From: a virus
Lineage: Duplodnaviria > Heunggongvirae > Uroviricota > Caudoviricetes
IMG/VR virus record: IMGVR_UViG_648276671_000008
Length of the DNA stretch: 9,553 nucleotides
Direction: 5' to 3' (one strand)
Shown here one piece after another: positions 1-6,806 of the stretch (position 1 is its first letter; every line of letters starts with the position of its first letter). Under the pieces are notes generated by a model, which did not search any database, was not told where the DNA came from, and saw only the letters and a program-made list of their open reading frames with translations. The position numbers were made by a program, and so were the translations under genes.

Positions 1-1
1 A

Positions 2-214
2 AGGGTGATTATTCCGGATGCGGCAATCAGCACCGGTAATACGGTGCAGATAGTGGCGAACAATGCGGGAACCATCACGATAGAGCCAGCGAGCAACAAT
101 GTGCTCATCACCCCAAAAGGTGAAAGCGAAGGACTGCCGTCATCCACGGTCACAGAAAGCAGCGTAACGCTGGTACAGACCGGGGCGGACGGAAAGAGCT
201 GGGTGATCACATAA
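2..214 (+). CDS. 3' end of an unidentified protein (partial; reading frame is open to the 5' window edge, stop TAA 212-214)
   Basis: Six-frame track ORF 5..214 has no in-frame stop back to position 2, so it is most likely the C-terminal ~70 aa of a longer upstream gene. The peptide is Ser/Thr/Val-rich (…GLPSSTVTESSVTLVQTGADGKSWVIT) and I do not recognise it. It sits just upstream of cos, where lambdoid phages carry lysis-distal accessory genes. Confidence 0.3.
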   Translation, partial: RVIIPDAAISTGNTVQIVANNAGTITIEPASNNVLITPKGESEGLPSSTVTESSVTLVQTGADGKSWVIT

Positions 215-456
215 AATCGGTTGTCCTTTCCTGATTTATTTCTGTGCGCCGTATTGTCGCCGTATTCCCCCATTAACAGAGACTGTAGCCTGACGGGAAC
301 ACCTTCTGCGCGAGTGTGCGGGAATAATCAAAAACGATACACACCAGGACTTGCTGCGTAAACAAAGCACGGAGTTGTCCCTTCATGGTCGCCTGTCCGG
401 TGCGATGGTGGAAGAAACCGGGCTTTACTTCAATTGATAATTGTTATCATTTTTAT

Positions 457-469
457 GGGTCCTTTCCGG
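457..469 (+). other. cosQ-like element (packaging termination signal) upstream of cosN
   Basis: GGGTCCTTTCCGG followed by CGATCCGACAGGTTACG runs directly into cosN; this matches the right-end sequence of phage lambda as I recall it (…GGGTCCTTTCCGGTGATCCGACAGGTTACG) with one or two mismatches. Exact cosQ limits are approximate. Confidence 0.55.
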
Positions 470-486
470 CGATCCGACAGGTTACG

Positions 487-498
487 GGGCGGCGACCT
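487..498 (+). other. cosN: 12-nt cohesive-end sequence GGGCGGCGACCT (terminase nicking site)
   Basis: Exact GGGCGGCGACCT followed by CGCGGGTTTTCGCTATTTATGAAAATTTTCCGG, the same as the lambda left end as I recall it. Location ~185 bp upstream of the nu1 start is as expected. Expected nicks are between 486/487 (top strand) and 498/499 (bottom strand). Confidence 0.85.
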
Positions 499-535
499 CG
501 CGGGTTTTCGCTATTTATGAAAATTTTCCGGGAAC

Positions 536-546
536 CATGTCCGGTT
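536..546 (-). repeat. cosB R3-like Nu1 binding repeat (inverted copy, CATGTCCGGTT)
   Basis: Exact reverse complement of the 11-mer AACCGGACATG found twice downstream. Position and inverted orientation relative to R2 mirror the lambda cosB layout. Confidence 0.5.
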
Positions 547-548
547 TC

Positions 549-590
549 TCTTCAAGTTAACTATATGAAAAATATAAAAACAGGTCTTCT
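549..590. promoter_or_regulatory. AT-rich spacer between R3 and R2; candidate IHF/bend site (I1-like)
   Basis: ttcaagttaactatatgaaaaatataaaaacagg is strongly AT-rich and lies between inverted R elements as I1 does in lambda. I could not find an exact WATCAANNNNTTR match by eye. Confidence 0.3.
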
Positions 591-593
591 GCG

Positions 594-604
594 AACCGGA
601 CATG
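594..604 (+). repeat. cosB R2-like Nu1 binding repeat (AACCGGACATG)
   Basis: Exact 11-bp direct repeat with the copy at 624-634 (30-bp spacing, about three helical turns). Confidence 0.5.
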
Positions 605-623
605 CACAAAAAATAGACATGTA

Positions 624-634
624 AACCGGACATG
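624..634 (+). repeat. cosB R1-like Nu1 binding repeat (AACCGGACATG)
   Basis: Exact 11-bp direct repeat of 594-604, ~50 bp upstream of the nu1 start codon. Confidence 0.5.
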
Positions 635-681
635 ACCTGTTTTGTTGTGATTGTGAGGTGAGAGTTTTTGCGAGGTGAGGA

Positions 682-1191
682 GTGGCTACGCAGACTGAAG
701 TTGCCAGGCATTTAAGTCTGACCGATCGCCAGCTTCGCAGATTGCAGAAATTGCCGGGTGCCCCGATATCGAATAAGCGAGGGCAACTGGATCTGGATGC
801 CTGGCGTGATTTTTACATATCGTATCTGAGGAGAAGTAAAAACGATGTGCCTGATGGCGATAGCGAAGACGACTATGAGGAAAAATTGCTTATTGCCAGA
901 TGGGAACTGACAGCAGAACAGGCTGTTACACAGCAGTTAAAAAATGAGGTGTCAAAAGGAAAACTTATTGACACCGGGTTCTGTATTTTTGCCCTCAGTA
1001 AGCTGGCAATGGCGTTATCCAGTACGCTTGATTCCATCCCTTTATCCATGCAACGACAGTTTCCTGATTTAACACCGCGCCATCTTGACCATCTGAAAAC
1101 CCTTATTGCGAAGGGGGCAAATCAGTGTGCGCGGGCGGGGGATAAATTACCGGATTTACTCGATGAATATATCAGAGCAACAACTGAATAA
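682..1191 (+). CDS. nu1: Terminase small subunit (gpNu1-like)
   Basis: 169 aa. The C-terminal half (…DTGFCIFALSKLAMALSSTLDSIPLSMQRQFPDLTPRHLDHLK…LPDLLDEYI…) closely parallels lambda gpNu1. The N-terminus (TQTEVARHLSLTDRQLRRLQK) looks like a helix-turn-helix but differs from lambda. GTG start at 682 is preceded by GAGGTGAGGAG; the 3' end overlaps the A start as in lambda. Confidence 0.85.
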   Translation: MATQTEVARHLSLTDRQLRRLQKLPGAPISNKRGQLDLDAWRDFYISYLRRSKNDVPDGDSEDDYEEKLLIARWELTAEQAVTQQLKNEVSKGKLIDTGFCIFALSKLAMALSSTLDSIPLSMQRQFPDLTPRHLDHLKTLIAKGANQCARAGDKLPDLLDEYIRATTE

Positions 1192-3091
1192 TATGATGAG
1201 CGCTGTCACAACAGCATTACAGCCCCTGATAAGGGCATTGCCGGTGACGCCAGTTGAATGGGCTGATCAAAATTATTATCTGCCGAAAGAATCTTCATAT
1301 GGTGAGGGAGAATGGAAAACGCTGCCATTCCAGATCGCCATTATGAACTGTATGGGTAACGACCAGGTTCGCACGGTTAACCTGATTAAATCTGCCCGTG
1401 TTGGCTATACAAAGATGTTGCTGGGGGTGGTCGGGTATTTTATTGAGCATAAATCCCGAAACAGTCTGCTTTTTCAGCCCACGGATTCTGCCGCTGAAGA
1501 TTTTATGAAGTCTCACGTGGAGGCGACGATTAGGGACGTGCCATGCCTGAAAGACCTTTCCCCATGGCTGGGTCGTAAACATCGTGATAATACCCTCACG
1601 CTGAAACGCTTTTCATCGGGCGTCGGTTTCTGGTGCCTGGGCGGCGCTGCCGCCAAAAACTACCGTGAAAAATCCGTGGATGTGGTCTGTTATGACGAGC
1701 TTTCCTCGTTCGAACCGGATGTTGAAAAAGAGGGTTCGCCAACCCTGCTGGGGGATAAACGTATTGAGGGCTCTGTATGGCCAAAATCCATTCGCGGCTC
1801 GACGCCTAAAATCAAAGGCTCCTGTCAGATCGAAAAAGCCGCTAACGAGTCGGCACATTTCATGCGTTTTTATGTGCCCTGTCCGCACTGTGGGGAGGAG
1901 CAGTATCTGAAATTTGGCGATGATGCCTCGCCTTTCGGTCTTAAGTGGGAGAAGAATAAGCCAGAAAGTGTTTTCTACCTTTGTGAGCATCATGGCTGTG
2001 TGATCCATCAGTCTGAGCTTGACCAGAGTAACGGGCGGTGGATCTGTGAAAACACGGGCATGTGGACTCGTGACGGTCTGACATTTTTCAGCGCCCGGGG
2101 TGATGAAATTCCGCCGCCGCGCTCCATCACTTTCCATATCTGGACGGCATACAGTCCGTTCACCACCTGGGTACAGATAGTCTATGACTGGCTGGATGCA
2201 CTGAAAGATCCCAACGGCCTGAAAACTTTTGTGAACACCACGCTGGGCGAGACCTACGAAGAGGCCGTGGGCGAAAAACTCGATCACCAGGTACTGATGG
2301 ATAAGGTTGTTCATTACACGGCGGCGGTGCCTGCCCGGGTGGTTTATCTGACGGCGGGTATTGACTCGCAGCGAAACCGTTTTGAGATGTATGTCTGGGG
2401 ATGGGCTCCGGGAGAGGAAGCCTTTCTGGTGGATAAAATCATCATTATGGGGCGTCCCGATGAGGAAGAGACGCTGTTACGTGTGGACGCGGCGATCAAC
2501 AAAAAATACCGCCATGCAGACGGAACCGAAATGACCATTTCCCGTGTCTGCTGGGACATCGGGGGGATCGATGGCGAAATCGTTTATCAGAGGTCAAAAA
2601 AACACGGTGTTTTCCGGGTGCTGCCGGTAAAAGGCGCATCTGTCTATGGCAAGCCGGTGATCACCATGCCAAAAACCCGCAATCAGCGGGGCGTGTATCT
2701 GTGTGAAGTGGGGACGGACACCGCAAAAGAAATTCTCTATGCCCGTATGAAAGCCGATCCCACGCCTGCGGATGAAGCCACGTCGTATGCCATCCGTTTT
2801 CCTGATGATCCGGAGATTTTTTCGCAGACAGAGGCGCAGCAACTGGTGGCGGAAGAGCTTGTGGAGAAGTGGGAAAAAGGAAAGATGCGTCTGCTGTGGG
2901 ATAACAAAAAGCGGCGTAACGAAGCGCTGGACTGCCTGGTGTATGCCTACGCGGCATTACGTGTGTCCGTGCAACGCTGGCAGCTTGATCTGGCTGTACT
3001 GGCAAAATCCCGGGAAGAAGAGACGACCCGGCCAACCCTTAAAGAACTGGCAGCGAAGCTGTCCGGAGGAGTGAATGGTTACAGTCGCTGA
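1163..3091 (+). CDS. A: Terminase large subunit (gpA-like; ATPase/endonuclease)
   Basis: Starts MNISEQQL… at ATG 1163 (lambda gpA starts MNISNSQ…). Collinear similarity throughout: VEWADQNYYLPKESSYGEGEWKTLPFQ, the KSARVGYTK ATP-reactive motif, GSPTLLGDKRIEGSVWPKSIRGSTPK, CPHCGEEQYLKFGD, WTAYSPFTTWVQIV, KKRRNEALDC. The track's 1106 start is an in-frame upstream extension inside nu1. Confidence 0.93.
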   Translation: MNISEQQLNNMMSAVTTALQPLIRALPVTPVEWADQNYYLPKESSYGEGEWKTLPFQIAIMNCMGNDQVRTVNLIKSARVGYTKMLLGVVGYFIEHKSRNSLLFQPTDSAAEDFMKSHVEATIRDVPCLKDLSPWLGRKHRDNTLTLKRFSSGVGFWCLGGAAAKNYREKSVDVVCYDELSSFEPDVEKEGSPTLLGDKRIEGSVWPKSIRGSTPKIKGSCQIEKAANESAHFMRFYVPCPHCGEEQYLKFGDDASPFGLKWEKNKPESVFYLCEHHGCVIHQSELDQSNGRWICENTGMWTRDGLTFFSARGDEIPPPRSITFHIWTAYSPFTTWVQIVYDWLDALKDPNGLKTFVNTTLGETYEEAVGEKLDHQVLMDKVVHYTAAVPARVVYLTAGIDSQRNRFEMYVWGWAPGEEAFLVDKIIIMGRPDEEETLLRVDAAINKKYRHADGTEMTISRVCWDIGGIDGEIVYQRSKKHGVFRVLPVKGASVYGKPVITMPKTRNQRGVYLCEVGTDTAKEILYARMKADPTPADEATSYAIRFPDDPEIFSQTEAQQLVAEELVEKWEKGKMRLLWDNKKRRNEALDCLVYAYAALRVSVQRWQLDLAVLAKSREEETTRPTLKELAAKLSGGVNGYSR

Positions 3092-3281
3092 ACTGCAGGC
3101 GCTGCGTCAGGCGCGCCTTGATTTATTAACCGGTAAACGGGTGGTGTCTGTCCAGAAAGATGGTCGCAGAATTGAATATACGGCGGCTTCTCTGGATGAG
3201 CTTAACCGGGCGATCAATGATGCGGAGTCGGTACTGGGGACAACCCGGCGTCGCCGTCGTCCGCTGGGAGTGAGGTTATGA
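3075..3281 (+). CDS. W: Head-tail joining / head completion protein gpW-like
   Basis: 68 aa; …LLTGKRVVSVQKDGRRIEYTAASLDEL…TRRRRRP matches lambda gpW (68 aa, …[21 protein letters not shown]…). GGAGGA lies 5 nt upstream of ATG 3075. Overlaps the A 3' end and the B start (ATGA). Confidence 0.8.
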   Translation: MVTVAELQALRQARLDLLTGKRVVSVQKDGRRIEYTAASLDELNRAINDAESVLGTTRRRRRPLGVRL

Positions 3282-4870
3282 AACGAACGCCTGTCCTGAT
3301 TGATGTGAACGGCGTTCCGCTTCGGGAGAGCCTCAGCTACAACGGGGGCTGCGCAGGATTTGGTGGGCAAATGGCGGAGTGGTTGCCACCGGCGCAGAGT
3401 GCCGATGCAGCTCTGTTGCCCGCGTTGCGTCTGGGGAATGCCCGTGCAGATGATCTGGTACGCAATAACGGGATAGCGGCCAATGCGGTGGCACTGCATA
3501 AGGATCATATTGTCGGGCATATGTTTCTTATCAGCTACCGTCCGAACTGGCGCTGGCTGGGGATGCGGGAGACCGCGGCAAAAAGTTTTGTCGATGAGGT
3601 GGAGGCGGCCTGGTCGGAATACGCAGAAGGGATGTTTGGCGAGATCGACGTGGAAGGGAAACGCACGTTTACGGAATTTATCCGTGAAGGTGTGGGCGTT
3701 CATGCGTTTAACGGCGAAATCTTTGTGCAGCCGGTCTGGGATGCGGAGACCACGCAGTTATTCCGTACGCGTTTTAAAGCCGTGAGTCCGAAACGGGTGG
3801 ACACGCCAGGACACGGTATGGGGAACCGCTTTCTGCGGGCCGGTGTGGAGGTCGATCGATATGGCCGTGCCGTTGCGTACCATATCTGTGAGGATGATTT
3901 TCCGTTCTCTGGTAGTGGACGATGGGAACGGATCCCGCGTGAACTTCCCACCGGGCGTCAGGCCATGCTGCATATTTTCGAGCCGGTGGAGGACGGGCAG
4001 ACCCGTGGGGCTAATCAGTTTTACAGCGTCATGGAACGGCTGAAGATGCTGGATTCCCTGCAGGCAACACAGCTTCAGTCAGCCATAGTGAAGGCAATGT
4101 ATGCAGCGACAATTGAAAGTGAACTTGATACCGAAAAGGCCTTTGAATATATCGCCGGCGCGCCGCAGGGGCAGAAGGATAATCCGCTTATTAATATTCT
4201 GGAGAAGTTCTCCAGCTGGTATGACACGAATAACGTGACGCTGGGCGGTGTCAAAATTCCGCACCTTTTCCCCGGGGATGATCTGAAACTGCAGACTGCG
4301 CAGGATTCAGACAATGGATTTTCGGCACTTGAACAGGCGCTGCTGCGGTATATCGCCGCCGGTCTTGGCGTTTCCTACGAACAGTTGTCCCGTGATTACT
4401 CGAAGGTCAGTTATTCAAGTGCCCGCGCATCCGCCAATGAGTCGTGGCGCTATTTTATGGGGCGGCGAAAATTTATTGCGGCCCGGCTGGCCACGCAGAT
4501 GTTTTCCTGCTGGCTGGAAGAGGCACTTCTTCGGGGGATTATTCGTCCGCCACGGGCGCGTTTTGATTTTTATCAGGCGCGATCAGCCTGGTCACGGGCA
4601 GAGTGGATTGGTGCCGGAAGAATGGCCATTGACGGGCTCAAGGAGGTTCAGGAATCAGTGATGCGCATTGAGGCCGGACTGAGCACGTATGAGAAAGAGC
4701 TGGCGCTGATGGGCGAGGATTATCAGGACATTTTCCGCCAGCAGGTCAGGGAATCTGCAGAGCGGCAAAAAGCCGGACTCTCACGTCCGGTGTGGATAGC
4801 GCAGGCGTATCAGCAGCAGATAGCGGAGAGTCGCAGGCCGGAAGAGGAGACAACACCACGTGAGACGTAA
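3278..4870 (+). CDS. B: Portal protein (gpB-like)
   Basis: 530 aa. Long collinear matches to lambda gpB: GFGGQ, GNARADDLVRNNG, KRTFTEFIREGVGVHAFNGEIFVQ, FEPVEDGQTRGANQFYSVMERLKMLD, LQSAIVKAMYAATIESELDT, LLRYIAAGLGVSYEQLSRDY, SARASANESW, GRMAIDGLKEVQESVMRIEAGLSTYEKE. Confidence 0.93.
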   Translation: MKRTPVLIDVNGVPLRESLSYNGGCAGFGGQMAEWLPPAQSADAALLPALRLGNARADDLVRNNGIAANAVALHKDHIVGHMFLISYRPNWRWLGMRETAAKSFVDEVEAAWSEYAEGMFGEIDVEGKRTFTEFIREGVGVHAFNGEIFVQPVWDAETTQLFRTRFKAVSPKRVDTPGHGMGNRFLRAGVEVDRYGRAVAYHICEDDFPFSGSGRWERIPRELPTGRQAMLHIFEPVEDGQTRGANQFYSVMERLKMLDSLQATQLQSAIVKAMYAATIESELDTEKAFEYIAGAPQGQKDNPLINILEKFSSWYDTNNVTLGGVKIPHLFPGDDLKLQTAQDSDNGFSALEQALLRYIAAGLGVSYEQLSRDYSKVSYSSARASANESWRYFMGRRKFIAARLATQMFSCWLEEALLRGIIRPPRARFDFYQARSAWSRAEWIGAGRMAIDGLKEVQESVMRIEAGLSTYEKELALMGEDYQDIFRQQVRESAERQKAGLSRPVWIAQAYQQQIAESRRPEEETTPRET

Positions 4871-6365
4871 TCTTTCACACATTATTGCCGCAGCATTCAA
4901 TGAACCGCTGCTTCTGGAGCCCGCCTATGCGCGGGTTTTCTTTTGCGCGCTCGGGCGCGAGATGGGGGCAGCAAGTCTTTCGGTACCACAGCAGCAGGTA
5001 CAGCTTGATGCTCCCGGAATGCTGGCTGAAACGGACGAGTACATGGCCGGAGGTAAACGACCGGCCCGTGTTTACCGGGTGGTGAACGGTATTGCCGTAC
5101 TGCCGGTGACCGGCACGCTGGTGCACCGGCTGGGTGGTATGCGGCCATTTTCCGGAATGACAGGCTATGACGGTATTGTCGCCTGTCTTCAGCAGGCAAT
5201 GGCGGATAGCCAGGTGCGGGGCGTACTGCTGGACATTGACAGTCCGGGCGGGCAGGCCGCCGGCGCGTTTGACTGCGCTGACATGATTTACCGCCTCCGT
5301 CAGCAGAAGCCGGTCTGGGCACTGTGCAATGACACGGCCTGTTCTGCAGCCATGCTGCTGGCGTCGGCCTGCTCCCGACGGCTGGTTACCCAGACATCCC
5401 GTATCGGCTCCATTGGCGTGATGATGAGCCATGTCAGCTATGCCGGTCATCTGGCGCAGGCCGGTGTGGATATCACGCTGATTTACTCAGGGGCGCACAA
5501 GGTGGATGGCAATCAGTTTGAAGCGTTGCCGGAAGAGGTTCGCCAGGACATGCAGCAGCGGATTGATGCGGCGCGCCGGATGTTTGCCGAAAAAGTGGCG
5601 ATGTATACCGGTCTGTCTGTTGATGCCGTCACGGGAACAGAGGCCGCCGTTTTTGAAGGTCAGTCCGGCATTGAGGCCGGGCTGGCGGATGAATTAATCA
5701 ATGCGTCGGATGCCATCAGTGTGATGGCCACGGCGCTGAACAGTAATGTCAGAGGAGGCACTATGCCGCAATTAACTGCAACGGAAGCCGCCGCGCAGGA
5801 GAACCAGCGAGTGATGGGGATCCTGACGAGTCAGGAAGCGAAAGGACGTGAACAGCTTGCCACGATGCTGGCAGGACAACAGGGCATGAGCGTTGAACAG
5901 GCCCGGGCGATTCTGGCCGCGGCGGCACCGCAGCAGCCGGTGGCATCCACGCAGAGTGAAGCCGATCGCATTATGGCGTGTGAAGAAGCGAAAGGTCGTG
6001 AACAACTGGCGGCAACGCTGGCGGCGATGCCGGAGATGACGGTGGAAAAAGCCCGCCCGATCCTGGCTGCTTCACCGCAGGCGGATGCCGGACCCTCACT
6101 CCGTGATCAGATCATGGCACTGGATGAGGCAAAAGGGGCTGAGGCGCAGGCTGAACAGCTGGCTGCCTGCCCGGGAATGACTGTGGAGAGCGCCCGGGCT
6201 GTGCTGGCTGCGGGATCAGATAAGGCAGAACCGGTCTCTGCATCCACAACCGCCATGTTTGAACATTTCATGGCGAACCATTCACCGGCAGTGGTACAGG
6301 GTGGCGTGCCACAGACGTCAGCAGACGGTGATGCGGACGTAAAAATGCTCATGGCCATGCCATGA
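4860..6365 (+). CDS. C: Prohead protease / minor capsid protein gpC-like (S49 SppA-type serine protease domain fused to scaffold-like C-terminal region)
   Basis: 501 aa. The N-terminal region (AFNEPLLLEPAYARVFFCAL) and the protease core (GYDGIVACLQQA…GAFDCADMI…PVWALCNDTACSAAMLLASACSRRLVTQTSRIGSIGVMM…ITLIYSGAHKVDGN) track lambda gpC. Start inferred as GTG 4860, overlapping the B stop; the exact start is uncertain. Confidence 0.88.
   Translation: MRRNLSHIIAAAFNEPLLLEPAYARVFFCALGREMGAASLSVPQQQVQLDAPGMLAETDEYMAGGKRPARVYRVVNGIAVLPVTGTLVHRLGGMRPFSGMTGYDGIVACLQQAMADSQVRGVLLDIDSPGGQAAGAFDCADMIYRLRQQKPVWALCNDTACSAAMLLASACSRRLVTQTSRIGSIGVMMSHVSYAGHLAQAGVDITLIYSGAHKVDGNQFEALPEEVRQDMQQRIDAARRMFAEKVAMYTGLSVDAVTGTEAAVFEGQSGIEAGLADELINASDAISVMATALNSNVRGGTMPQLTATEAAAQENQRVMGILTSQEAKGREQLATMLAGQQGMSVEQARAILAAAAPQQPVASTQSEADRIMACEEAKGREQLAATLAAMPEMTVEKARPILAASPQADAGPSLRDQIMALDEAKGAEAQAEQLAACPGMTVESARAVLAAGSDKAEPVSASTTAMFEHFMANHSPAVVQGGVPQTSADGDADVKMLMAMP
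5763..6365 (+). CDS. nu3: Scaffolding protein Nu3-like, in-frame internal start within C
   Basis: ATG 5763 is in the C frame and preceded by AGAGGAGG 5 nt upstream (5751-5758). Lambda Nu3 is translated from an internal in-frame start in the 3' part of C. The product contains the three tandem repeats described in findings. Confidence 0.5.
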   Translation: MPQLTATEAAAQENQRVMGILTSQEAKGREQLATMLAGQQGMSVEQARAILAAAAPQQPVASTQSEADRIMACEEAKGREQLAATLAAMPEMTVEKARPILAASPQADAGPSLRDQIMALDEAKGAEAQAEQLAACPGMTVESARAVLAAGSDKAEPVSASTTAMFEHFMANHSPAVVQGGVPQTSADGDADVKMLMAMP

Positions 6366-6401
6366 AGTCAGTGCTGACCATCAATAGGAGGTTTTTACAA
6401 T

Positions 6402-6749
6402 ATGGTGACGAAAACCATCACTGAACAGCGTGCGGAAGTACGTATTTTTGCCGGTAATGATCCGGCTCATACCGCCACAGGCAGCAGCGGGATTTCCTCG
6501 CCAACACCGGCACTGACGCCCCTGATGCTGGATGAAGCCACCGGGAAACTGGTGGTCTGGGACGGACAGAAAGCCGGTAGTGCGGTTGGCATACTGGTAC
6601 TGCCGCTTGAAGGCACAGAGACGGCGCTGACGTATTACAAGTCGGGAACCTTTGCGACGGAGGCAATCCGCTGGCCTGAAAGTGTGGATGAACACAAAAA
6701 GGCCAACGCCTTTGCCGGCAGTGCCCTGAGTCACGCGGCGCTGCCGTAA
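6402..6749 (+). CDS. D: Head decoration / capsid stabilisation protein gpD-like
   Basis: 115 aa; NDPAHTAT…TPLMLD…KLVVWDG…AVGIL…YYKSGTF…WPE…AFAG matches lambda gpD (110 aa). AGGAGG lies upstream of ATG 6402. Confidence 0.85.
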   Translation: MVTKTITEQRAEVRIFAGNDPAHTATGSSGISSPTPALTPLMLDEATGKLVVWDGQKAGSAVGILVLPLEGTETALTYYKSGTFATEAIRWPESVDEHKKANAFAGSALSHAALP

Positions 6750-6758
6750 CACGTTATC

Positions 6759-6776
6759 AGGCCACCGCGGTGGCCT
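6759..6776. promoter_or_regulatory. Perfect 18-bp palindrome AGGCCACCGCGGTGGCCT in the D-E intergenic region
   Basis: Seen directly in the sequence, 10 nt after the D stop and ~30 nt before the E start. No strong T-tract follows, so it is more likely an RNA stability/processing hairpin or protein-binding palindrome than a terminator. Confidence 0.35.
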
Positions 6777-6806
6777 GACTGATTTCTGAATGAAAGGAAC
6801 TGATTT

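Noticed and set aside
249-267. Short direct repeat GCCGTATT…GCCGTATT
   Set aside because: Only 8 bp, with no associated structure or context; likely chance.
549-590. Exact IHF consensus site (WATCAANNNNTTR)
   Set aside because: I could not find an exact consensus match on either strand by eye. Only the AT-rich, bend-prone character and the position are supported, so it is reported at low confidence as a candidate.
385-624. 79-aa + strand ORF spanning cosQ/cosN/cosB
   Set aside because: It runs straight through the cos site, which would be severed in packaged DNA. It has no RBS, no resemblance to anything I know, and lies in a regulatory region. Most likely a chance ORF.
511-711. 66-aa minus-strand ORF overlapping cosB and the nu1 start
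   Set aside because: Overlaps the R-repeats and the nu1 RBS/start on the opposite strand; no supporting signals.
1106-1162. Upstream in-frame extension of the large terminase ORF (track start 1106)
   Set aside because: The extension (MRRGQISVRGRGINYRIYS) lies inside the nu1 coding region. The downstream MNISEQQL start at 1163 matches the known gpA N-terminus.
1613-2314. 233-aa minus-strand ORF, plus other antisense ORFs (1295..1582, 1596..1784, 2344..3035)
   Set aside because: All lie entirely within the strongly supported terminase A gene on the opposite strand. GC-rich coding sequence commonly produces long antisense ORFs, and none has a recognisable product.
2772-3074. 100-aa + strand ORF in an alternate frame within the 3' end of A
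   Set aside because: Highly basic, Arg/Trp-rich frame-shifted translation of A. I see no slippery site or other evidence of programmed frameshifting here.
3107-3973. Minus-strand ORFs of 198, 83 and 71 aa, and the + strand alternate-frame ORFs 3483..3785 and 3843..4043
   Set aside because: Embedded in the portal gene B, whose frame is strongly supported. Their Arg/Pro-rich composition is typical of out-of-frame translation.
4875-5450. 191-aa and 141-aa minus-strand ORFs antisense to C
   Set aside because: Antisense to the conserved S49 protease domain of C, with Pro/Arg/Ala-rich low-complexity translation.
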